Shown: piece by piece, positions 19,101 through 26,186 of the stretch
How the letters are laid out: the number at the start of each line of letters is the position of its first letter
How positions within the stretch are numbered: the stretch's first letter is position 1
NCBI GenBank assembly: GCA_016933055.1
Contig: JAFGBS010000026.1
Coordinates: 14,211-46,210 of the forward strand
From: Promethearchaeota archaeon
GTDB lineage: Archaea; Asgardarchaeota; Lokiarchaeia; Sigyniarchaeales; Promethearchaeaceae
Length of the DNA stretch: 32,000 bases
Direction: 5' to 3'
Translations under genes and position numbers: made by a program
The notes under the pieces: generated by a model
Databases searched by the model: none
What the model was told of the DNA's origin: nothing
The model's input: only the letters and a program-made list of their open reading frames with translations

Positions 19101-20041
19101 ATGGTAAAATTACCCATACCAGGAGTAGAATTTTGATAATAATATACTGTACTATCATCAATATCTCTAGCAGTTAAAATATTCGGTTCATCTACAAGGG
19201 TCCAGATATTGTATTCAATATAGTCGAAATGTACATCGTTTGGTGATCCTCTATAAGATGCATCACCATTGATATAGACTCCTAATCGGAATTCAACGTC
19301 ATTTGGTAGAGTTTGATTCCCTATCGGGTTGTTCGATAAGTAATATTGGATTGAATTGCTATAGAAATAATCATAATTTAATGTACCAAATCCATAGGTT
19401 TGGTTATATTCTACTCCTCCAATGATTATTGCCGCATATAAATAAGCCGTATTATAAGCTCCATTATTATCACGAATTCGATAATCAAATGTAAACTCAA
19501 CTATTCGATCTCCAACATCTTCCTCATCCACTGTCACAGATTGATTATAATATGCATAATCCCCCGCAGTTAATGCTTCATCTCCAACATCTAAAGACAA
19601 TATATCTGCACGATAATCTGGATTTAAAGAATCTGATCCACTATCTAACTCATTATAATCCCAATACGTATAAGGAGTTCCGTAATCTCCCCCAGAATTA
19701 ACACGCCCATCGATCACTAAATTTCGATATCTTGTTACATTTTCACACTCAATTAGTAGGTTGTTTGCTGTCCAACCACTAGATAATGTAAAGGATGCTG
19801 ATGTTGTAGGATTTACCTCGTAGGTAGATGAAATCGCAGTTGCATGTTGTGTAACTTGAAAACGTCTAGCAGAACCCTCAAATATTGAACTATTAGGAGT
19901 TTCTTGTTCGTTGTAATAAAATGAAGGCTTAACAAATTTATCAGTGGTTTGAGTTGAAAAAATAGTGCATATAACAAGTAAGATTGATGTTAAAAAGATT
20001 ATTTTCCTAGTAATACGTTTTATTTCATTCAATCTGATCAA
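16103..20041 (-). CDS. Large single-pass surface protein with Ig-like beta-sandwich repeats
   Basis: N-terminal hydrophobic signal, N-x-S/T-rich ectodomain, three 95-aa repeats, C-terminal TM (WWIAGSVAGTALLGVMSLLIY) and a short basic tail. Confidence 0.8.
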   Translation of the reverse strand: MIRLNEIKRITRKIIFLTSILLVICTIFSTQTTDKFVKPSFYYNEQETPNSSIFEGSARRFQVTQHATAISSTYEVNPTTSASFTLSSGWTANNLLIECENVTRYRNLVIDGRVNSGGDYGTPYTYWDYNELDSGSDSLNPDYRADILSLDVGDEALTAGDYAYYNQSVTVDEEDVGDRIVEFTFDYRIRDNNGAYNTAYLYAAIIIGGVEYNQTYGFGTLNYDYFYSNSIQYYLSNNPIGNQTLPNDVEFRLGVYINGDASYRGSPNDVHFDYIEYNIWTLVDEPNILTARDIDDSTVYYYQNSTPGMGNFTINVQKNYPVTQDVSFTISDSIYDTILIDKLTISANLTQSINSSFSTFQDGIFTNSNDILWEFDVSPLIPVTYLYRWIEIEKPEDWQIISAVDPFLTNRTSICTDIGYGTTDFTIPTSVYSNGDWQIQARSKSWFDEVKLEFWNGVSFEEKSDFYVNEEFHIRVNINNTVIFTNTLINFTLYHPNGTIFYEESFEPSSTEIYYGNFTIGTFNMSIGMYTAEVAWTNNLSASYVDKVGYRTFDFSVIHHTQLTAQDSIIETVPGEPLLIIVKYEDTDTGQGIDLATVEYNSTFEQTGYLQYIGSGYYFLDLDTSLLDYTDYYLSFNASKSYYINQTASNMVQLNIEREGMILEVPRQVNIVSANSYGLFEFNLTGDISEAYLHPANISTDWMAPYEITNYNNGSYQLNVSTYGVTSGSFPETFIINIEANKTNYSVASDIVLLQVNPIQSIIKANATFIEISQGTPFSVKVNYTDTGLGTLIVNASCSVTWTLDTNITVIGDEFIIDYDTTGLALDQYTSFINLNKSGYETKSIIISVLINPVQTAIAANRTFIRVSQGNQFSIKVNYTEYYGGAIISGATCSVTWVKYYEITPVTDGFEILFNTTDLTLDQYTATIQLNKTGFETKNVFITVLVDPISTVIEGNVNLITIEQGEIFSIKVNYTYFDTGTLISGASCIVTWLKNSNITELNDEFFIDFDTTGLDLGQYTVIIQISRLGFETRSLFVTVLIEPVSSELFLLNDEPVEFFVGDQVTISVDYRVNGLSFSGGTITLIGDIEGTLMWNGTAYTMDFDTSDLQPKIYFSQIFAQAPGVQTQIYNLYIQIQPVVFEVTLSSSSIILSEGGSNMVYITVYDSSHGVYVTDANISSYIDGIAGNIISLENGTYSINLDQFGLNPGINPYSLHIGITNPNGEDESFLITVVVPQNWNLYWWIAGSVAGTALLGVMSLLIYNRYIKLSKFQRNVSFIKKNLLNLPKIKNRTEFTRDALVSDIINKEIDQLL
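16919..17773 (-). repeat. Three tandem 285-bp (95-aa) intragenic repeats
   Basis: Units start at 17773 (NPIQS), 17488 (NPVQT) and 17203 (DPIST); shared QG..FS.KVNYT, A.C.VTW, TT.L.L.QYT and G(F/Y)ET. Confidence 0.9.
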
Positions 20042-20258
20042 AACCTTACAATTTTTAGATTTAATTTTTTGGATATAGTATTCCTTTACCTAAACCTTTT
20101 CTCTTCAAAAATAATACTTAAGCTAAATTGGAACTTATAACACTAAAGAACCTCATGGATTCTTATCAATTATCACAAATCAATTATTGTAGTTCAATCA
20201 ATCTCATATTATTCTAAAGAGAAACTGTTATAATCTTTATTTCCATTCATGATGCAAG

Positions 20259-20771
20259 ATGAAGGATAAATTCGCTATGGTAGGCACAACAATCAATGAA
20301 TTTGCTCTTCCTCGCTATTCAGATGATTCCACCAGAACACCCATAAATATTCGGAGCTTCAAAGGGTTAAAAAATGTTATGGTAGTATTACTTCGAGACA
20401 TTAAATGACCATATTGCCGAGCTCATATACGCAGTTTGGCTAAAGATTACAGTAAGTTTATTGAGTTGCACACAGAAATTTACCCCATCTTGGTAGATAC
20501 GATGTCACATGCAAAATCTATGTATAAAGCTTATGCAAACAGAACATTTCCAATCTATTATGATACAAACGATGAGAAAATTACAAAAAACGTATTAAAT
20601 CAAGAATTTAAAATATTCCGTTTGGGTAGAATGCCTGCGTTACTTATTGTAGATAAAGAGCAAATTATCCAATATGCCTACTACGGGGATAATATGAAAG
20701 ATATACCAGAAAATGATGAAATTCTATCATTCCTCAAAGATTTGAATAAAAATATCACTGAATTGGGTTGA
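20259..20771 (+). CDS. Selenocysteine-containing peroxiredoxin-like (AhpC/TSA, thioredoxin-fold) protein, UxxC, 170 aa
   Basis: ATG 20259 is in frame with track ORF 20436; the only interrupting stop is TGA at 20406-20408 (codon 50) in MVVLLRDIK-U-PYCRAH, the position of the first redox residue. The upstream part VGTTINEFALP...NIRSFKG.KNV is a normal AhpC/TSA N-terminus, and GRMPALLIVDKEQIIQYAY is the usual C-terminal strand pair. Confidence 0.85.
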
Positions 20772-20782
20772 TATTGACAGAA

Positions 20783-20831
20783 AATTAGCATGAAGTTTTT
20801 ATCAAAAGATCTAGCCATGATCCTCCTAATT
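20783..20831 (+). promoter_or_regulatory. Candidate eukaryote-like SECIS element in the 3' UTR
   Basis: AATTAG/CTAATT helix I; AUGAA (20790-20794) / UGAU (20818-20821) core; apical AAAA loop (20804-20807). Helix II is short and imperfect (6 of 9 positions pair). Confidence 0.6.
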
Positions 20832-20843
20832 CAACTTTACCCC

Positions 20844-20856
20844 TTTTTCTTTTTTT
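20844..20856 (+). terminator. Oligo-T tract after the SECIS candidate
   Basis: TTTTTCTTTTTTT directly after the hairpin; oligo-U tracts are the known archaeal termination signal. Confidence 0.4.
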
Positions 20857-20994
20857 AATATATTATCATTCAATACATAAAATTAGATAAACCAGATTGC
20901 TTTCTACAATCATTTTCGTACGAAAAAAAAGTACGTGAAAAAAAAGATTTCAGTTAAAATTTGCTCAGATTGATACTTAGTGGATAGAATGTTC

Positions 20995-21252
20995 TTAGTA
21001 GTAGCTTACCCATCCTCTAGATTCTCGTTGGAAGGGTGCTTTTTCAGTAACAACAACGTTACGTGCTTCTAAACCTTTAGCGGTTTCTTCAACTTCATAT
21101 TCTACTTTATCATTTTCATTCAAAGAAGCAAATTCGCCCTCTTCTACTTGAATAGCGCTGTAGTGGACGAACACATCCTTTTCTCCCTCATCAGGGGTGA
21201 TAAAACCATAGCCTTTCCGACTATTAAACCATTTAACAATACCAGTTGCCAT
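20995..21252 (-). CDS. cspA: Cold-shock domain protein (CspA family), copy 1
   Basis: [15 protein letters not shown] (RNP1) and DVFVHYSAI (RNP2). ATG at 21252 preferred over GTG 21261. Confidence 0.92.
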   Translation of the reverse strand: MATGIVKWFNSRKGYGFITPDEGEKDVFVHYSAIQVEEGEFASLNENDKVEYEVEETAKGLEARNVVVTEKAPFQRESRGWVSYY

Positions 21253-21370
21253 ATATTTCACAATTTATTATTTTAATTACAGTAGATATAAATGAAAAAT
21301 AGAATCGAAAAACCACAATTGTCATGAAGGATGCTTAGCATCCAATATCGTACAAAAAATGTGACTGCTT

Positions 21371-21402
21371 AACTCTATTTTATTTATGTGTAGAAGAATT
21401 TT
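21371..21402 (-). promoter_or_regulatory. Conserved upstream (promoter-like) block of csp copy 1
   Basis: 26/32 identical to 21922-21953; contains TAAATAAA on the minus strand. Confidence 0.5.
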
Positions 21403-21477
21403 GCATAGTTAAAAAATGTTATTCCTATAACGATGCAGAAACTCCTCCAAACGTGTCTATTTGGATTTTTTTCTACC

Positions 21478-21792
21478 TTAGTAGAATGTATCCCATCGCT
21501 TGATCACAAATGGGGCTTCTTTGGTAATTACTACATTTCTGGCTTCTAAACCCCTATCAGTTTCTGCGATTTCAAACTTTACTTCGTCCTTTTCATTCAG
21601 CGTTCGAAATTCGCCTTCATCAGCAACAATGTTACTGTAATGGACAAAAATGTCCTTTCCATTTTCTGATGATCCATCGGGAGTGATAAATCCATATCCC
21701 TTACGGGTGTTAAACCACTTAACCGTTCCATTCTGAATCTCTTGTGGCGATTCAGTTGTTTCTGTTGACTCTGTTTCTGGTTCTATTGACAT
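21478..21792 (-). CDS. cspA: Cold-shock domain protein (CspA family), copy 2, acidic N-terminal extension
   Basis: [15 protein letters not shown] and [12 protein letters not shown] at 21792 preferred over GTG 21801. Confidence 0.92.
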   Translation of the reverse strand: MSIEPETESTETTESPQEIQNGTVKWFNTRKGYGFITPDGSSENGKDIFVHYSNIVADEGEFRTLNEKDEVKFEIAETDRGLEARNVVITKEAPFVIKRWDTFY

Positions 21793-21921
21793 ATATTTCA
21801 CAATTTGTTTACTTAATATTTTAATTAATTTTTTAGGTATAAATAAAATCTAGATAAAAATCATAACTGCTTTTTTGTCGGTTTTATCTAACCAACAAAT
21901 GTTTAAAACAAAATTATGTTG

Positions 21922-21953
21922 AACTCTAATTTATTTACATGTAAGACAATTTT
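21922..21953 (-). promoter_or_regulatory. Conserved upstream (promoter-like) block of csp copy 2
   Basis: 26/32 identical to 21371-21402, at a similar distance from the start codon (130 vs 119 nt). Confidence 0.5.
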
Positions 21954-22021
21954 AGGCACTTAATAAAGGTTTACCCTATTATATAACCGAAAAACACCTA
22001 CAGGGGATTTTTTTCACTTTG

Positions 22022-22600
22022 TTAAATAGAAGAGTTAGCTATCTTACTTTTAAACTCTAACATATCTTTAGCCATACTGGTAATAACCTCATTTACCATT
22101 GTGCCTGTTTTTGAGGATGTAAGATAATGTTTTGAGATCTCCAGTTTAGTTTTGAGATCTTGAATATTTGAATCTAGAATTGGCTTGAAATGTTCATTTA
22201 GTGTATCATGTTTTGCTCCAATTAGGTATAGAGGTGTATTTTTATGGGTATTCTGTTTCCAAATGCTAACCCATTCTGATAAATTATCAATAGTGCGAAT
22301 TCGGGATAAATCAAATAAGAGCAAAGCCCCATCCGCACCAGTAATATAATGTGGTAATATAAAACGAAATTGGCTCTCTCCACCCAGATCCCATACTGCG
22401 ACATCTACTTTAATAGGTTCCTCCTTATCGTCATCTAAAACCAAGTGTATTAACTGAAAATCAATCCCGATAGTCATCTTAGTGGCATTATTGAATCTAC
22501 CAGTAGCTAACCGTTCAACAAATGTACTTTTACCAACTCCCCCATCTCCGAGCATGCATAGTTTAAGAATATATTTTCGGGATTTGGGGGATTTTATCAT
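22022..22600 (-). CDS. Ras-superfamily small GTPase (Rab/Roc-like)
   Basis: G1 GDGGVGKS, G2 MTIG, G3 WDLGGE, G4 GAKHD, G5 TSSKTG; no C-terminal prenylation cysteines. Confidence 0.92.
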   Translation of the reverse strand: MIKSPKSRKYILKLCMLGDGGVGKSTFVERLATGRFNNATKMTIGIDFQLIHLVLDDDKEEPIKVDVAVWDLGGESQFRFILPHYITGADGALLLFDLSRIRTIDNLSEWVSIWKQNTHKNTPLYLIGAKHDTLNEHFKPILDSNIQDLKTKLEISKHYLTSSKTGTMVNEVITSMAKDMLEFKSKIANSSI

Positions 22601-22838
22601 ATTTGATGCGTCCTTTGGTTATCTAACGGCTTAATATGGGATGAGGGTATTATTAGTAGTATAAAAGATAGTTTGCTTACGAGAAAATTAAAAAAGAAGA
22701 AAGAAAAAATTATCGAATTTTTATAGTTGTCTGCTTCGATAGATGAAAAAATTCAAAGATCAAATTTTCCCCAAAAACTGTTAATAATTCTTTTGATATG
22801 AATAATAAAAAGCAAAAAAAATAAAGATAAGAATATCT

Positions 22839-24302
22839 TTATCGAATTTTAACATACAAATCCTTATACGGAGCCCGTTCACCTGCATTATAACGTTCAT
22901 GAGGGTCTGTAATAAAGAACAAGAGTGCCATACCAATAAGGAAGAAGACGAACAGTTGACCGAGGGCAAATCGATAGGCATGATGGATCCCGACACCGGG
23001 AATTTCTGCAGTAAAGAACATAATCAACGAGAAAAATATGGGAGATACGATTGCGCTCACCCTACCAGCAATTTTCTGGAATCCGCCGTATTGAGCTAGC
23101 TTATCAGGTGGTGCAAGTACTACAATAAATTGGCGTCCAATAATCCAAATTCCTCCAAAACCAACGCCAATGAATATCGCACCTAAGAACATGAGCCATT
23201 TAGGTATATCAGGTAACGTAGGACTGATGGTGGATAAGTTCCATCCAGAAAATATTACTATCAAAATTCCAACTGCCCAACAAAGCGCATTGATAATAAA
23301 TGATTTCTTCGGACCAGACTTTTTCATAAAGAGCCCAGTTAAGAATGCGAACAAGAAACTACCACCGATTGCTGCAAAGATTACATAATCAGTAATAGCT
23401 TTATCGTAACCTACAGCACCTTGAATAATTATACTCATGTATAGAATCGCTGTATTCGCTGAATCAGTTATAAAGAACCATGCAAGGAAGAAAAGGACAG
23501 AATTTCTGTCTCGAATCACTTCTAATCCTGTTGATCGAAAAACTTTTCGAGATTGAGCCCAATTATCTCTCAAAGAAATAGATTGCGGATTTTGAACCTC
23601 CTTATGAAATAGATAAGGGAACGCCATGATGAAGATAATTATCGCACCAATTACGAATAAATACCGAAGACCCCCAAAATCTATGGTATCATAAGTTTCT
23701 TGGCTTGCATCCCACACTGCTGAAGACACATGTGTCCATGCTCCTAATATCCTTCCGACAAACATAGATGTTAAGACTGCTAATACGGATCCAATAAAAG
23801 AAAGGGATCCACCAATCGCTTGAGTCACACTGCGCTGCTCTGGTTGGGCTATAAATGGAATTTGTGCATCATAGAACATCCTTCCACATTGATAGCAGAA
23901 GTTCGCAATCAAGAACAATATCGATGCAACCCAAAAAGTTAGATTACTATCGGTGGGAAAAATGCTGATTGCAGCTGATGTGGCAATCATGATGCCTCCA
24001 ACCATAATTACCGCCCCCTTCCTTTTTCCCGCAATATCCGACATAGAACCCAACATGGGACCGAATATTGCAACAAGTAAATTGGAGATAGCCATGAAGA
24101 TACTCATAACCACGAAGGCAACAGTGTAACTTCCAAAGAGTTGGATTCCCAGAAGTAATGCGAAAGGGGTGTATGCCAAACTTATGACTAATTGAGAAAA
24201 ATAGGTATCTGCAGCATCATACGTAAACCAAGCAGCCGCATTCCAAAATCCCGTTTTTTCTGTCATTTCTTTAATGAATCGAATCTCTGTTTTTTCACTC
24301 AT
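22839..24302 (-). CDS. MFS transporter (Atg22/UMF1-like)
   Basis: AWFTYDAADTYF, FGPMLGSMSDIAGKRK (motif A), FYDAQIP; about 12 TM. ATG 24302 preferred over GTG 24314. Confidence 0.85.
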   Translation of the reverse strand: MSEKTEIRFIKEMTEKTGFWNAAAWFTYDAADTYFSQLVISLAYTPFALLLGIQLFGSYTVAFVVMSIFMAISNLLVAIFGPMLGSMSDIAGKRKGAVIMVGGIMIATSAAISIFPTDSNLTFWVASILFLIANFCYQCGRMFYDAQIPFIAQPEQRSVTQAIGGSLSFIGSVLAVLTSMFVGRILGAWTHVSSAVWDASQETYDTIDFGGLRYLFVIGAIIIFIMAFPYLFHKEVQNPQSISLRDNWAQSRKVFRSTGLEVIRDRNSVLFFLAWFFITDSANTAILYMSIIIQGAVGYDKAITDYVIFAAIGGSFLFAFLTGLFMKKSGPKKSFIINALCWAVGILIVIFSGWNLSTISPTLPDIPKWLMFLGAIFIGVGFGGIWIIGRQFIVVLAPPDKLAQYGGFQKIAGRVSAIVSPIFFSLIMFFTAEIPGVGIHHAYRFALGQLFVFFLIGMALLFFITDPHERYNAGERAPYKDLYVKIR

Positions 24303-24626
24303 CTTAAGTTTCACAATTTTGTATAAGTATTTATCTAGTCTTTTAACACTGTTTAGATGTTAAAAATCTTTCGTTTAAGTAGACATCCTATGTATGAATT
24401 TGATTCATCAATTTCATCCATAAGATTTAGCCATATCAAAATTTCTACATACCAGCCATTACTGAAAAAGAAAAAACCAATAATTAAGAATAAGCAATCT
24501 AGAAAGTTTATTTTCCCAATTTATTGCTTTCATATTCAAAATTCTTGATTGGGGGATCAATTACCGACTATGCATGTGATAAATTTTAAATCGAATAGGT
24601 GAACCATTCAATCATAGAATAAACCG

Positions 24627-26030
24627 ATGGAACACCCAAACTACATTCCAGATTGGGCCAAGAACGGGATTATTTATCATATATATCCCTTAGGATTCTT
24701 CGATGCCCCTTATAATTCTCAGGATGAGTCGGAAGTTGTCAACCGATTGGAACGACTTCGTAAATATTATGATTATTTACAAGAACTTGGCATAACCATT
24801 ATCCAGTTTGGTCCGATTTTTGAATCAGTTAGCCATGGATATGATACTACCGATTACCTAAAAATTGACAGACGATTAGGGACCAATGAGCTATTTAAGG
24901 AAATTGTGGAAGAACTTCATCAATTGGGGATGAAAATAATCGTGGATGGAGTGTTCAATCATGTAGGACGTGATTTTTTTAGTTTTCGGGATGTTAAAGA
25001 TCATAAACAGAATTCATCCAAGCAAGGGTGGCACTTCATCGATTTTACCCAATCTCATCTGAATCCGTATTTAGATGGGTTTGATTATAAAAATTGGGAA
25101 GGGCATCACTCTCTTGTAAAATTAAATTTGAAAAATCAAGAAGTGCGTGAATTTCTCTTCAATGTTGCACGATATTGGCTGAGAGATATCGGAATTGATG
25201 GTTGGAGATTGGATGTAGCATATTTAATAGACAATGATTTTTTGCGGGAGTTTAAGAAAGTATGCAAATCTGTTAAGTCGGATAGTGTATTGGTAGGAGA
25301 ATTGATACACAATCCTTATTCTAAATGGATTGGTCCTGATCTACTTGATGCGGGAACGGGATATCAAGTATATAAGTCAATTTACAATTCGATCAATGAA
25401 AACAATTTCTGGGAACTCAAATCTGTGTTAGAACAATCTTTTCATCCACAATGGGGCCAAAATAGAAAAATACTCTTGATGAACTTTTTAGGAAATCATG
25501 ATGTAACCCGAATCCGCTCCAATCTTAAGGATGAACGCCATGTGATCCCCGCGTTTCTCATATTATTCACACTGTATGGTATACCAAAGATTTACTATGG
25601 AGATGAATTCGGTATGAAAGGAATTGTAATTCCTTTTAAGTCGGATCGTGGAGTCCGTGGACCAATGTCTCCACTATCAACCAAATGGGACCCTTTAGGA
25701 AAAGCAATACATGAAAATATCAAAAGGTTTATCCAACTCCGCAAGAAACAGCATGCTCTCATTCATGGAAATATCATACCAGTCTGGGCTGATAATACTA
25801 AATCAAATATGATAGCATATCTGCGCAAATCATCGAAACAAACTATCTTAGTCGTAGTTTCTACAAGCTACGAAGTGAAGAAAGTAAAAATACCCTTATG
25901 GAACCTTCATTTGGAGGGAGCTGTATTTCGGGATCTTCTTAATGATTTTGAGGAGTATAATGTGCGGAACAACTATTTAGAATTAGATACAGAGGGGTGT
26001 TGGGGTAAAGTTTTAGAAAGAATTATTTGA
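24627..26030 (+). CDS. GH13 alpha-amylase family (cyclomaltodextrinase/neopullulanase-like) with C-terminal beta domain
   Basis: HGYDTTDY, DGVFNH, catalytic GWRLDVA, VGELIH, GNHDVTR, IYYGDE. Confidence 0.9.
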   Translation: MEHPNYIPDWAKNGIIYHIYPLGFFDAPYNSQDESEVVNRLERLRKYYDYLQELGITIIQFGPIFESVSHGYDTTDYLKIDRRLGTNELFKEIVEELHQLGMKIIVDGVFNHVGRDFFSFRDVKDHKQNSSKQGWHFIDFTQSHLNPYLDGFDYKNWEGHHSLVKLNLKNQEVREFLFNVARYWLRDIGIDGWRLDVAYLIDNDFLREFKKVCKSVKSDSVLVGELIHNPYSKWIGPDLLDAGTGYQVYKSIYNSINENNFWELKSVLEQSFHPQWGQNRKILLMNFLGNHDVTRIRSNLKDERHVIPAFLILFTLYGIPKIYYGDEFGMKGIVIPFKSDRGVRGPMSPLSTKWDPLGKAIHENIKRFIQLRKKQHALIHGNIIPVWADNTKSNMIAYLRKSSKQTILVVVSTSYEVKKVKIPLWNLHLEGAVFRDLLNDFEEYNVRNNYLELDTEGCWGKVLERII

Positions 26031-26186
26031 GCTTTTATTTCACCTTTTCGAGTACCATCTTCTTTAAATCCATAATAATATAATAACAAGTTCATCAAAT
26101 AACTCTCGTAGAACACTAATTTTATATCACTTATAGTAAACAAAATAGAAAAAATCTGAAATACTGCCAATTTGGACAGATTAGGA

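Noticed and set aside
20436-20771. Stand-alone 111-aa protein starting at TTG 20436, or a nonsense pseudogene
   Set aside because: It lacks the active-site motif. The upstream in-frame segment is intact, the stop is specifically TGA at the redox position, and a SECIS-like element follows.
22781-22996. 71-aa minus-strand ORF and 63-aa + strand ORF at 24357-24548
   Set aside because: Low-complexity translations of AT-rich intergenic or overlap sequence with no family signal.
22839-24302. Atg22-like transporter as evidence of autophagy
   Set aside because: The Atg22/UMF1 MFS family is widespread in bacteria and archaea, so it carries no such implication.
24309-24320. TTTCACAATTT shared by the MFS and csp upstream regions as a special regulatory box
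   Set aside because: On the coding strand the core is GTGA 5-8 nt before ATG (also seen before the M42 gene), which is adequately explained as an archaeal Shine-Dalgarno fragment.
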